DNA of 63,520 nt, filler included, from Octopus bimaculoides (lineage: Eukaryota), in the NCBI RefSeq assembly GCF_001194135.2. It is 3 parts of 3 records of this genome, joined end to end, with 100 filler letters (N's around TTAATTAATTAA, not from the genome) between each part and the next. Parts side by side here need not be neighbours in the genome. Positions count along the whole stretch, not along the records: positions 36,548 to 63,520 come from NC_068981.1; 2 more parts are not named here. One strand, written 5' to 3'. Positions 49,955 to 63,520 of the stretch are shown piece by piece. Numbering within the stretch: the first letter of the stretch is position 1; every line of letters begins with the position of its first letter. The notes under the pieces were generated by a model that was given only the letters and a program-made list of their open reading frames with translations, had not been told where the DNA came from and searched no databases. Position numbers and translations under genes: made by a program.

Positions 49955-51798
49955 CATACACATACATATACATGCATATACATGCATATACACATACACA
50001 CATATATATATATATATTACTTAGTAAACACAATATAGTTTTAGGAGCTACTAATAGTTTCATAGTATGAAATCAAATCATAACACGACTGGTACCTTCA
50101 CGCTTTTCTCAGGCTCTGCCAACCTGGCATAACAACCTAAAACAAGAAGAGATAAGAGAAAATACGGAAAAAAAAGTGAGAAGAAAGTAGATGTACAAGG
50201 TAGGATGTTGGAAACACCAGTAAATGAAATTGAAAAAAACGACAAAGTAAGACAGAAAAATAGGTATAGAATAATATTCAATAATTGCTCATGGATCATT
50301 TCCTTATCCGTAACAATGTTTATATATGGAAAAGTATAAATTATCTCATAATGATTGAACGATAGTAATGTTAGGCATAATTGGACATCAGTTCGAATGC
50401 TGCTGAGATCTACTGTGCTTTTCATCGTAGCAGCATTGTACTTTGAACAATATTTAGTTGAAAATAGTTGCTAGTGATCGATACTGTTATAACTGCTAAC
50501 ATTAGTAAATGATGTTAATGACAATATGAGAATAAATATATATGAAAAGCATAAGGGAAAAAATCTGATGACATGAGAGTAGCGCACGTTTCATTAAAAC
50601 TATTTAAAAATTAACGGCCGCAGATTGATACGTAGAGACAAAGTTCAGGAAATACGAAATTTTGGGAAGGATATACTTAATTTGAGGATGAAACACCAAA
50701 GATACTAAGGGCTCTAAACAAGGAAAGGAGCGAATACAACCTGCTTGGAGGAGGAAAAATGTTATTAGCAGCAATACAATGAAGTGATTTTAACTATGTA
50801 ACTTCACGCACATCCATCGAATGTCTTTTAATCCATGCTGTCTTAGATGTTGCTGCTTATAACAGCCGAATCATCTCATATGTAGAAGCAGTACATATTT
50901 TTGTTTCACATAAGCTATGTATAAAGATTGTACTTGAAGGCTATGTTTCTGGCAATGAAGGCAAACGATAAGTTTTAAGATATTATCATAGCCTCTGTTA
51001 AATGTTTTGATTCGGTAGTAGACACTTCTGTCGATATAGAAAGGTAATATTTAGATTGATGGTACGAACTCCGTTTCATATAGCTCCTCTTAAGTGGAGT
51101 ACGTATGAAGATGCTTCTTGTTATACACAGACGTAAGTGATTATTTATTATTTAATTATTTATATTTGCTACAGGATTCGATAAATTTCCTTCATGTCAT
51201 TGTATTTAATAACAAACTGTGTGATACATTAAACGCTATTCATATATTTTGACGTAATAATCGTGCCTTTGAAACGACCCTTGTTTCAGTCAATATACTA
51301 CAACAGTGTATCGCTTTTGGCCTTCATATGTAAACATGTTTTTAAATACTGCTTAAGATCGTTTTTTTATTATTATTATTACTGGGGTAGAGGGAAGTTA
51401 CACAAGGCTACACTTTGAGTTACCTGCTGTTTCATTTTTACACAAACCATTAATATTGAAACAGTGTATCATATATATTTGGAGTGATAATGCACGTATG
51501 TTATTACAAACACCATTTAAAAAAAAAATTCATGTATTCGACTTAATGCACATATTTGACGGGACTTAGATTCACCGGAGATATATTGTTCCGCTTCAGA
51601 CTTATTAGATTACCAGATAGAAAGTTTGCGATCTCGGAATTGCTGCTAATGGCTACAGATAGATGTGTTGATAGATATATCATCCACTCAATGCAAAAGA
51701 AGTGAAAAAATCTATATTTATCGGAAACAACTTAACAATCTATTTATGCTTACATTACAACTAGTACATCAATTTCCCGACACACACACACACACACA

Positions 51799-51842
<44 letters not shown>

Positions 51843-52084
51843 NNNNNNNNNNNNNTATATATATATATATATATATGTTTGATAGATTATCGGTCAGTCA
51901 TTGATAACCAAATTTAGATGTATTAACATATATAATTATACGCACACACATACATGCATACACACACACACACATACACACACATACACAGGCACACACA
52001 CACACATATACACACACATACACACACACACACACACACATTTATATAAATTCTTCATCATTTTTAGTTCTTTCTCTCATTTGA

Positions 52085-52235
52085 CTGTGCTGAAGGGTTT
52101 TAGTCTAAGAAATCTACTCCAGGACTTTTTAAAGCCTACTATTTCTTCTCTTGATAGAGCCACTGAGTTAGTGGGACGTGGTCACTCCAGCACTGATTCT
52201 GAAGCGGTGGTGTGCGACAAACAGACACAAAGACA
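52085..52235 (-). mobile_element. Old SINE family A, 3' half
   Basis: CCAGGACT..AAGCCTA..GAGTTAGTGGGACGT..AAGCGGTGG..GACAAACAGACAC, ending at a CA tract. Confidence 0.6.
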
Positions 52236-52399
52236 CACGCACATACAGATATATACATATATATGTGCGTGTGTGTGTATGTGTGTGCGTGTGTGTGTGT
52301 GTGCGTGTGTGTGTGTGTGTGTGTATGTGTGTTTGTGTGTGTGTGCCTATGTCTCTGTGAATACATTTTAATATATAAATTTTACAGAAGATAAAGGAA

Positions 52400-53330
52400 T
52401 TCTTGAACTCAAAATGATTGTGGAAACAGCTTAGAAAATCGGTTAAATACCCTGTAGAAAACTTAGAAAACGTAACTAGCATGCTTTACAGAGAATGGAA
52501 CTTGAACATCTCAAAAGCTATGAGTGCTATGATCTCACATGCTAAAGGCTATTATCTAGCATTCTAAACAGAAGGTATTTGTTTTCAGATTTCTCTCAGT
52601 TTAATGATACAGATTAATCAACCAAGTGTACTAAACCGTTCGCACTCCCTATCCTGTAGAGATGTTTTAAACAAGAATGGTGAACCCATCAATGGAAATA
52701 TTGATAATCCGAATCCGGATGAAATGCTAGAAAAAAATAATAACGGAAGGGACCAGGGTACTAAAATCAAAATAACACGCACTAGAGTGAGGAGTGTACT
52801 AATCTGAGAACCAGCAGTCAGAGGGAATCAACCCCAGCACATACCAAATACCTCCACAGGACAGGGACCACGAACCGCTAGAAATACCGGCAAACAAACA
52901 GGAAGATTAGAAGTAATATTAAATCCATAAATACGAGGAGTGCACTGTCTTCTTGTGGAGTCGATAACACGGAAAATAATAGAAACAAGGAATTGATCTC
53001 TGCAACTCTGCCAGCGATGCATTATGGAAAATCTCTTCTGAGAGAAAGGGTTCCTGTGCATAGGGGCAAGCTCTCTTAATTTTAAGAGAAGGCTGGCAAA
53101 TCACAGAATTATTTTAGAGATAGGAAGAAGATGAATAATATTAGCATAAACAAACTAATGTGGTTAAAGGATCCCTAGCTATACTATATTTTGGGAAATA
53201 ATCCGTACAGCTAAACCATATCGAGTAGAGTGGAGTAGATGTGATCTAATATAGAAGAATAATACCAAATATTTATATCGAGATACACATTGCTTAATTC
53301 CAGACTTGAACAGGCCTTAAAATGATTACA
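52400..53330 (+). mobile_element. Degenerate Penelope-like ORF fragment (GIY-YIG endonuclease region)
   Basis: CIGASSLNFKRRLANH...YTIFWEIIRTAKPY..SRCDL at 53051-53250 matches the PLE pattern YIG..FK.R..NH..WEI..PY..CxLC. The upstream extent is tentative. Confidence 0.55.
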
Positions 53331-53649
53331 TAGAGCATAACTTGAAAAAAGAAAAAAAGATTAAACAATGTCCTGGAGAGCCAATGCCCCATCCACAGCT
53401 GAGTGTGAAAAAAGGGTAGTTTCCATAACATCCTAAACTCCGAAAATTCATAGCCCACCTTAACAAACCTAGGTTATAATCTGCCCAATGTATAACGTAA
53501 AACATAAATAACACAGTCAAGAAAATGAACATATGCACAATTATAGAATTTACACTACAAGTATTACACTTGAAATCAAAGCTAGAACTTACTTAATCAC
53601 CACAATAAACAAGGGGCCCTGCGAAAACACTAACATCAACGTTGACATA

Positions 53650-53900
53650 ATTAGACTGAATGTTGACCTCAGACAGCAACTGGTGTGAATCTCATGTCAA
53701 ATACATAAGCCTAAAACCAGATCAGATCCGTTTCAAAGCAACAACCCAACCACGGAATCCTACAAAAAAAAAAAAAAAATCATGCAGATTGGTTCGAAAC
53801 TAATCAAATATGCCCTGAAGAAGTTGCAACAAAAATCGTGATGCCCATAATCTGTACAGTAGAAACACGTGCAGGTCACAAAGTCCACAATAATAAGCTG
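53650..53900 (+). mobile_element. Degenerate RTE ORF linker fragment
   Basis: HADWFETN..NRDAHNLY resembles the RTE linker HQDWFDEN..KNRAH. Confidence 0.3.
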
Positions 53901-54160
53901 GAAAATTTGTAAATGAAGAGGAAATATATTCTGAGAATGAACAGGACATCACGTTCTATAACTTATAATTATTACTAATAAATACTCTAGCCGATATTAC
54001 CTTCCAGTGAAGCAAACACAGAATTATACATCGGAAGAATTTATAGGGTGATTGACAACTAAGAGTAGTCATACACGTTAAATACTCAACGATGTGGTTA
54101 GTTGTAACCAGGAACATAAAGGAAAGCCACCACGCTATCCGTTCGGATTATATATCCTTT

Positions 54161-54274
<114 letters not shown>

Positions 54275-56974
54275 AACATATTGATCGCAGTATGATTTTT
54301 AGTCAGTCAATGAGTGATGGTTCTTCTAAAGTGAATCGTATTTCTAAAATTCATTCTTTGTCTACTATTATAGCTCATCAACTGCCTATTAGTAGACTGC
54401 TTTTGTTTCTTTCCAAAGCCTGGATTAACACGTTATCATCATTATGCTGTTAGGCATTGTATATTTCCGAAGATTTCAGAAAAGTGCGGTAGTTCGCTTG
54501 AAGCAATTTATGAAAAAAACTGAAATGAAATAATGCGGAGTGCTTCTTACAAGGCGAAGAGAGAATTGCGATATTTATATAGATCCCTCCTATATTTCGG
54601 GTGAATCACCCAGCTATAGAAGAATATCAGTTCACAAATACTTCTTTAACTGGCGATGTATGATTCACTCTAAATATATAAGAAGAAAAAAAACTATAGT
54701 ATTATAGATTTTGCCAGTTTCTTTAATGTTTTTCTCTGAAAATATTTTACTATTCTTGTATGAAATACTGCACAAAAGTGATAAATTGTGTATTATTGTG
54801 GTATTGCGTATCATTTGGTACAGTTTTATTAGTGAATATTCAAAATCATACACGTGCACAGAGACACACAGACACATGTTCGCACGCATATGAAAACAAA
54901 GGGAGAAGGAGAGAAAGAATGAGAGGATACATGGACATACATATAACCATCAAAACATATTCATTCATACTTCTATTCCTATATGTGTATATTTGTACAT
55001 TGCTTGTATATACACACACGCATCCACGCAAATACAATGCAAATATATAATTTCAACGTGCACAACCATAGATTATGCAAATATTCGATCAGAGTGACGC
55101 CAACGATAACTTACAGGAACACTAAAACAAATCGTCATCTAAAGACAGGTCGCTATTGCCACAAAGGCACGTGTGCACAAAAGCACATCTCCGTGAAACA
55201 ACACGAGCTTATATATTTACATATACCATGGAGTATGAAATTAATTCAATTTATACTATATTAAACCACAGAAGATAATATATTTTCTGTATATCATTAT
55301 GCCTTTTAATTTAACAGTGAAAAATAATTAATCGTTACCTTTGTCTTAATTAAGATAATATTCTATTGTTTCATGAATACACCCACAAGTTATAAGTTTT
55401 CCCTTATTAGCGAAATATATTATTGTGATAGTGTGCAAATATATCTTTAATCAATACATCTGACTGTTGCGGAATGCATATATATTGGTTCGAATTTACA
55501 TTCTACGACCGAGATACTTTAGTTTTCTCTTAATACCACTTAGCTTAAGTTATAGAATGCTAAATGTTGCTACATCACACATGTACATTTATACACACAG
55601 ATATATACATAGTAGACACAGACTGTGGCAACATGTTCTACGTTTTCTCCTCTCCTCTTTGCCCTCCTATTTCTCCTATTTTCTTCAATAACCACAATTC
55701 TTCACATCCATTGCACTAAGCTAGTTGTAATTCATTTATTGTTTCATTTATTCCATTATCTCTTTGATACTTATTTGCCCATTTTTTAATTTAATTTTTT
55801 AATTCTTATTTCCAATTTAATTGTATTTTAATCACTTGTATCATCTTATTTCTATATTTTTATACTCGTTCTAATATAATTTCAGTGTCTGATTTCTGAT
55901 TTTCCTCCAATTTCGTTAATGTCTATTGCTTTTCTAGTATCTAGATTTCATCAATAACCGAGTAACATATTTATCAAGAAAGTCCCTATTCTAAGCACAT
56001 TCGTAAAATTAAGACCCGGTAGGATGTTGTATTAAAACCTAATATCGTTAGCCAACCAGTACTTTAAGAAATGTAGCGCTATCAAGTGTGGTTTATATGC
56101 AGAAATCGGTGTATCCGATATGCTGTGTGTAATAGTTTATTTCACCATCAATATTCAATGACCCAAGACATGATCAAAATTAATCCGACGGATCTCATTT
56201 ATTCTTCGCATAAAAGTATTGAATCTTCATACATGGTTATTCTATTCGTTTATACATCATTGACTAAATTCCATAGATATATCCATCTACGCAGTAAGCA
56301 TTAAAACAAATAAGTTTAACGCATCAATAATTTCCATATCACGATATCACCAGATTCTTCTCTTGTTAAACATTAAACAGAGAAATACCATCCGATTTTC
56401 TCCCCATACAGATTCGTTATATTAGATATTTTACATATTTTAACAATATTTTAACATTTACCTCTTTCGAAAATCTAAACCGGTTCTGCACCACATTTTC
56501 AGCGGTGCAGCAAGGAAAATTAGAGTGATCCATAGTAATCGGTCCTAGTTCCTGTACTCTATAAATATCTTTAATCTACTAATCTGTCTATGAAATGAAT
56601 ACAGAAAATCGGTCAGTGATGAAGATTTATCAGTAACTGAATGTAACAAAATCTATATTGATTTGGCCTAAGTATAGATGACATTTTTGAGTATAACTAA
56701 TATACTTCGCTTTCACACAATTGTGTTGTATGCCTCTAAACTTAAATTACATATTATAAAAAAGAGTTTACACTATTTACTTTCACATTACCAACTAAAT
56801 AAATTTTAAAGAAAATATATTTTTAAAGTAACTCGCAAAATTTTCGATGTTTTAAATAGTAGATTTTGTCGAATTGATAAACTAAATTTTTATCCTAATC
56901 GTGTACCGAATAAATATGCAAAGAGAGCAGTTGTTTGGTCCCTTGTTTTGGTGTATAAACAGATAAAAAAAAAA

Positions 56975-57166
56975 ACGCCTATGCTGCTGCAAGCGAAGGA
57001 ACTTACAGGGCATTGTCCAGCGCAATCCAAATAACAAGCTTTCGTTATGAAATGTGTGAGCGCCTGTGTGCGTCCAATTTTGGACTACAGTGTCACCAGC
57101 ACTCTCATCTCTGAGGACACAGACTTCGTCATCTTCGGGCATCGGTGGACAACCAACAACAACAAC
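56975..57166 (+). mobile_element. RTE-type LINE extreme 3' end with (AAC)n tail
   Basis: CERLCASNFGLQCHQHSH* (C-terminal Zn-finger-like motif), a short UTR and AACAACAACAAC. Confidence 0.65.
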
Positions 57167-57199
57167 TAGAATCCCGCAGTTTGAGTTGCATTAATTGTA

Positions 57200-57420
57200 T
57201 GGCAAATCTTTGATAACACTTTGGACAGAAGGGAGCAGTAATCCCAGAGTTCAAAGAAGAATTCAGGGCCCGGGATTCATATGAGCCACGATGCATCGTT
57301 TCATGCGCATTTCACCAACATGCCGACGATGTTTAGGCGTACGGCCGGATGGATACTGACAACATTCAGTAGAAACTGGTGCAGATCAGCAGTGTGTTTA
57401 ACCAAGAAAATAGCATCAAT
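57200..57420 (+). mobile_element. Degenerate RTE RT fragment
   Basis: W.EGAVIPEFK and SVETGADQQCV resemble W...IPxDFK and PVxxGVKQGCV. Confidence 0.35.
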
Positions 57421-58957
57421 GAAACGCCTGAGCTCCTGGGAGAGATTTAGAGAATTGTGACTGTATTCTGTAAACTAATACATATGGAAGATCCTAGAGG
57501 AGCTGGCAGCAGGAGACATATACCAAGCACCGAACAGGCCGTGCTGCGCTATTCCAAAAATCCTACCCAACCTGTCTATAGTAAAGATCAGGTACTGTAA
57601 TAGCTTCGGATCCTAATGCCAACTACTAATGAATGGATGTAGAAAAATGATGATATTGGCGGCTTCCCAGCACGGCATCAGCATTTAGTCTGAAACACGA
57701 TAAAGCATCCAAAATATTCAAACTAGTTATATAGGAATTCCTTACAGCTGCACAAGTTTACCCAATCTCATGAATTAAATTTTGTGCTTTATATTTCTGG
57801 TGGTGTTATGTAAATATAATACACCAAAGTCTGTCTCAATCTTATGTGCTCATGAAACCTGATTTCCCTTGACGTTTTGGCGCATCAAAGAAAATGACAT
57901 CACAGAAAAGGGATGCCAGATTTTTATGGGTGAACACCAGTAGCCGTTGATAATAAATTTCAGCTGTTCACATTTGACCAAGTTGAAATGAAGTGCTGTC
58001 TATGGTGATACACCTCGCCACTTGGGGAATCGAGAACCAACCATGAGCCCAGAACTTTAACGAGTAGGCTACACATCCTGGAAATTGTACATTTAGTAAA
58101 AGAACTTCAGCAAAAGTATAAAATATCTGAATCCAATATGCTACAATGATTTTATTCCAATTTTGAAGCACAACAATATAGTGGAATTGTTAAATTAGAT
58201 ATGCATCATTCAGCTAATTGGTAATGGCCTGTCTTCTGAGCCTTTTGAATAAAGAGTCTATTGTGGCGGCTATATCGTATATTACTGATGGAATTTAAAT
58301 AAATAACCCTCACTGATGAACTTCGTTGAATTTAATGAGATACTGAATTGCGGTCAAATTTCACTTTAAGAAAAGTGTTCGCTTTCTTTGTCTGTCTGTT
58401 TGTTTCTCTATGTCTTTCACTCTCTCTCTCCACTCTCTTTCTCTGTATATTTCAGTCGCAGCACAACTAAAATCAGTCTTGTTACCCCGTAACTACCGCT
58501 TCCTTCAACTCGAACACTCCATTTATTATATTTCCAGTACCACCCACACATTTACCTCAGTTAATAATTGCATCAAATGACGAAGGGACATCTCCGCTAC
58601 CTCTCGCCTAGCTACAAGTAGTTGCAAGATATTTCTCCCGAACGCAACTTTATGAAGTGGAGAGGAGACATGGGATATGGCCTTCTTTAATATAAAAAAA
58701 AAACTACACCAGAATTATATTTCTAGTAGTTTATTAACCATAAAACTTTCGAAGTGTTTGATTTAAGGTCGAACAAATAAAAGATCAGGAATTTTATGTA
58801 GTATCCAAACATAACATAAAAATGTAATCATTTCTTTCTTTCGGCAATTTTATTGATGTTTATGCTGATAGTTCACCAGATACTTCATACATTTGCCTAT
58901 GTCCTTGGGTTTAACATAGTTACTTACTCGCCACGCCACACACATACACATGTACAT

Positions 58958-59010
<53 letters not shown>

Positions 59011-59067
59011 NNNNNNNNNNATATATATATATATATAAACATGTATACATACACACACAAACATACA

Positions 59068-59099
<32 letters not shown>

Positions 59100-61490
59100 C
59101 AACTGACTGTGAAGGGGTTAGTCATAAAATCAGCCTCATCGTTAACTCACAGGTTTCCTGCATTTTTACTTTAACATTTCGACAGCATGTTCTCTTATCT
59201 CTTATCCTGCATATTGATCACTCGTTTCACATTCCTCGAGGCACTGACAATTTACATGTTTGGTCACTGTTCCCTTGCCTTTTCTCTGATCATATTCAAG
59301 AACTCCATTATCCGTTATGAGACATCATATCCCGTCAGTATCTGAGCCTTCTGGACTTCCTTGTCTCGACTTATTTTGTTCCAACTCGTAAAATTTCAGT
59401 TATTTAAAAAATATATATATCGCACTGATCTCACGATATTCTGAAATTCCAACATACCAGGGCTGTGTTTTAATCCAACCCTTCATTTTAGTGAAACCCT
59501 TAAAGAGAAACATCACCCAACATTTTCAATTCGCATCTCATTAAATAAATACACATATTGACGAATTACAATTTTGATACACTTCAGACCTCTTGTTATA
59601 ATCATTAAATAGGGTTATACAGATAAGGTATATAACACTACTGAATATTCTGTCCATAAAAATTGAATCAGTGCACGTGTATAATATTTAGTTTTAATTT
59701 TTAGGTTGAATTCTAAGTCTATACGACTATCCAATATTACTTGGACGGTAATATGTTGCATGATATACTTTGGAACGAAACATTATTTAAATATAATTCC
59801 GTTTACAGACATGCAAACACAGGAAGTCTGTCTGAATGCAGTGCAGGTAAATGAATTATAATGAATAAACATTAAATGAAATTAAATGGTATACTATATT
59901 CCAGTAGGTCTACACAACTGTTCATCTTCTGTACACATTTCTGTGTCACTAAATCTAACTATTTCAGAATATAAGACGTGTGTCAAATTCACGATGTCTA
60001 GCGACAGGTAAAAGAATGTAATAAACAAGAGAAGCTCATTTACAACAATGTTTCATGATGTTTTTTTTCTTTTCGATCTGGTCTCATTTTTTTTTTTTTT
60101 ATAGGTTTCCCTATCCTTATACAATTTATTTAGGATATTTTTTCCGTTTCCGTTTCCTTTTTTTTTTGTTTTTGCTAAATAACTGAAAAGTTTTTCACAA
60201 CGGAATTCTTCACTTCTCTCTTTCCTTACATTAATTACACAAATTACTTTCTTAGGTATGAAGAAAAATAAACTTCTGTGTCTGAGGATCGATACACGTT
60301 CATTATTTTTCATGTATAGATATTCAGATAACATTGATATATTCGCTTCATAATAGAAGTGAAATGAACAAGGAATTATAATACTAGGCGAATTAAAAGC
60401 AAATGCCATCTCTGACTGACAACAAAATGAATGGTAAGACAACTGCAAAGAGAAGAAATGGAAAACGAATGAGAAAAAGAAAAGAAGAGATTTTAACAAT
60501 ATTAATTTCTGTATAAAACATTTTAAACAATAAATCTGAAGTATTGACGTCTTTAGTTAACAAATATTTGCATATTACGTCAAAGAGACTTGTACATGCG
60601 AATGCACGCATTTATAAAAAGAACATTCAAATGCACTGAATCAATCCTATGCGCAGGTAAGCAACGCATTAAAGCAAAACATATTTACTTCTAAAACGTA
60701 CAGACAAACAAACAAACAGATCAATATTTCAAACAACGTAGCCATCCAACACACAATCACACATATACACATATATAGACACCACCGCACGCGCGTACAT
60801 ATATATTCACATTCTACTTCTACATGCATATACACGCACACACACACACACATAAGCACACACAGACAGACACACACACATATATATGCATACATATATA
60901 CATATATATATTCAGGTGAATTAGGCACTTAAGTTGAAGCACCAAAAATTAGTGCGGTGTTATCCGTACAAGTTCAAAATAAGGTGAATAAAGTGAAAAT
61001 ATGCAACAGGATATCCGGAGGTAATCCAGTGCGACAGTTTCAAGCTGCTCCATTTAATTAAACGATCAAATTACATGAATTTAAATTGCAGGGCATTTAA
61101 ATTGATGTAAAATCAGCTGCATAAATAAATAAACAATTTTGTTTAATCTTTCGGACACATTTGTATAATTTCAATTATATCCTCTAATAGGGTAAGAAGG
61201 ACAAGGCCAATGATGATAATAGAGAGGAAATTTTATCATGGGGTACTATAGGTGATTGATTGAAACACTATTTAGACGAACAGACGCCGGTAATTGTTTT
61301 ATATTTCAATTGGTGATTATGCTATCGTTCATTTTACTGACCCTGTAAGTTTATGGTATGTAAAAACACCAACACAAGTTCTCAAGTTGTGCAAGGTAAC
61401 ACGCTCCAACGCGCGCGCACACACACACGCACACACACACACACATACACACACTCGGACATACACACGCATTCATGCACGACAATCTTA

Positions 61491-61622
61491 TTTCAGTTTG
61501 CGTCTTTAAAAACGACTCACAATATTTTGGTCGGCCCCTGGTTAAAGCTGTCCAAGGTGCCACACAGTGGGAATAAACCAGAATCCTTATGGACGGCAAA
61601 CAAATTGTTTACCACACAGGCA
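61491..61622 (-). mobile_element. SINE family A, degenerate 5' half
   Basis: TTTCAGTTTGCGTCT..ACTCACAA..TTTGGTCGGCCC..CCAAGGTGCCACACAGTGGGA..TTACCACACAG. Confidence 0.7.
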
Positions 61623-62184
61623 TTGATGTTGTATAGGTAAACAGAGAGAAAGAGAGAGAGTGAGTGATACGTAGCTATATTCATAAGTACAGCCTTCGTA
61701 AATGTTTTTTTTTTGTATGTATTCGTGTGTAGGTGGTGGGGTTATANNNNNNNNNNNNNNNNNNNNNNNNNNNNNNNNNNNNNNNNNNNNNNNNNNNNNN
61801 NNNNNNNNNNNNNNNNNNNNNNNNNNNNNNNNNNNNNNNNNNNNNNNNNNNNNNNNNNNNNNNNNNNNNNNNNNNNNNNNNNNNNNNNNNNNNNNNNNNN
61901 NNNNNNNNNNNNNNNNNNNNNNNNNNNNNNNNNNNNNNNNNNNNNNNNNNNNNNNNNNNNNNNNNNNNNNNNNNNNNNNNNNNNNNNNNNNNNNNNNNNN
62001 NNNNNNNNNNNNNNNNNNNNNNNNNNNNNNNNNNNNNNNNNNNNNNNNNNNNNNNNNNNNNNNNNNNNNNNNNNNNNNNNNNNNNNNNNNNNNNNNNNNN
62101 NNNNNNNNNNNNNNNNNNNNNNNNNNNNNNNNNNNNNNNNNNNNNNNNNNNNNNNNNNNNNNNNNNNNNNNNNNNNNNNNNNNN

Positions 62185-62219
<35 letters not shown>

Positions 62220-62399
62220 GTTTGTGTGTGAGCATGTGTATGTGTTGTGTTTTCTATTGTGCTTTCTGTCTTTGTGTGTACAGAGTTTTTTTTCTTTTAA
62301 ATTTATGCGGCGGCTAAACAATAGATGTTCATAAAATGCGAGGAAGAACTGAAAAGATGTTTCGAAAATCATGATGCATAACAACGTGTACATATAAAA

Positions 62400-62550
62400 G
62401 TTGCGAAAACGTCTCATGAAATCTCGAAACAGGACTTCGGGTTGGAAAAGGAAATGGTGACAAATTAGTGCTACAAAATAATTTACCAATAGAAGGGAGA
62501 GAGGAATTAAGAGAGATATTTTATGGTCATTCCCCATTGAATAGGCTTTC
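62400..62550 (+). mobile_element. Ancient LINE RT fragment
   Basis: GLRVGKGNGDKLVL..EGRE..REIFY resembles GFRxGKGTxDxIFxL..EKxRE..xELY. Confidence 0.3.
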
Positions 62551-63102
62551 TCCTCAGTAGCCAGTGCGTTGGTTTTGTTTTCTCTTTTTAAATATTTACA
62601 CAACAAGGCACGCCTACAAACTAATCAGTGATGACAACTTAATGGATCACAACAAATTTCATCCCCGCTATTATTCCTCTCTGTGTAATGCCTACTGCCA
62701 CATCACAGGATTTTAAACATCACTTTTGGTTACATGGAATTTTCTTATATAAATGATTGATTAGCACTTTGTTCTGTGATCTGTCATAGAATCTTCATTC
62801 TTTATAAATTTCCCTTGAAGATATCGAGTTGAATACATAAAAGTAAATCTCAACAGCATCGTTTACACAAGTATAAACGGAGTGTTGCTGAAAGAAATTC
62901 TAACTCTTCTCGCAAAGCGCCTGTGGTCTCTCTCAGTATTCAATACTAGATAATCCCAATTAGCCTTGGATACGTGGCGATTTCTATAGAAAATACCCCA
63001 TACTGCAAGCTAATAAGTGAAATATCACCGGTGTTGCACACGTTGTACACCCTGAGTTAATGTATATATATATATTACAAAGCATAAGGTTCTCAGAGAC
63101 GT

Positions 63103-63160
63103 GGATGGTTGTACATATACAGATTGTTATTATTAAAAATCTATAAATGTACAACCATCC
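63103..63160. other. 58-nt near-perfect inverted repeat (23-bp stem, 2 mismatches, 12-nt loop)
   Basis: GGATGGTTGTACATATACAGATT - GTTATTATTAAA - AATCTATAAATGTACAACCATCC. Confidence 0.9.
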
Positions 63161-63520
63161 ATATAACTAAGTAGCCTATTTACTTGTGCATCATGTCCAA
63201 ACTTCTGATGTATATATAGATATATGTTCCGGAGTGCGCTGAATTTCCGTAGAGAATATACTTTTCGTTTGTTGCTTGACCGCAGATGATCGATCTTGAA
63301 GCATAATGGATGTCCACTGAGTGGTCATCCCTTCTCATATGTATGTAATATAATTTTTCTGAATTTTCAGAACTTTTCTTTATCCTAGGCCACTGGTTTA
63401 AAATTGATGTAAATTAAATTGATATCAAATGTATCACCTTTATTATTTAAATTGTAGTATATATAGATATATATGTATGATATATTTGTATATATATATA
63501 TATATATATATGTACATATA

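Noticed and set aside
50078-50425. 115-aa hydrophobic minus-strand ORF
   Set aside because: The hydrophobicity reflects a T-rich strand. No motif or splice support.
62230-62606. Minus-strand ORF containing NFYMYTL, like a GPCR TM7 motif
   Set aside because: The preceding segment is charged rather than transmembrane, and the plus strand shows RT-like debris.

Overview
This is eukaryotic, AT-rich, repeat-dense DNA with many assembly gaps, nearly all of them opening inside microsatellites. The repeat families and microsatellite load look like an octopus/coleoid cephalopod genome; that is my recognition and was not database-checked. I found no intact host protein-coding gene, rRNA, true tRNA or CRISPR array. 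The long ORFs in the track are read-through of N gaps and simple repeats. Recognisable content: (1) at least four SINE families, three with tRNA-like heads, in about 20 whole or partial copies; (2) a 5'-truncated, inactivated R4/Dong-type LINE (RT, CCHC, restriction-like endonuclease) ending in a (TAA)n array, fused back-to-back to an L1/Tx1-type AP-endonuclease fragment; (3) several RTE-type LINE fragments; (4) Penelope-like termini, one carrying a near-complete minimal hammerhead ribozyme fold (118-154, minus strand); (5) mariner, Tc1 and hAT MITEs and remnants, Helitron-like non-autonomous elements, a foldback element and a probable solo LTR; (6) a local 648-bp duplication. The most interesting leads are the atypical Penelope-type hammerhead, the inverted Tx1/R4 chimera, a TAA-bounded non-coding element beside the R4 copy, and a pre-miRNA-sized hairpin at 63103-63160. 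None is proven novel from sequence alone. All translations, identities and folds were done by eye.
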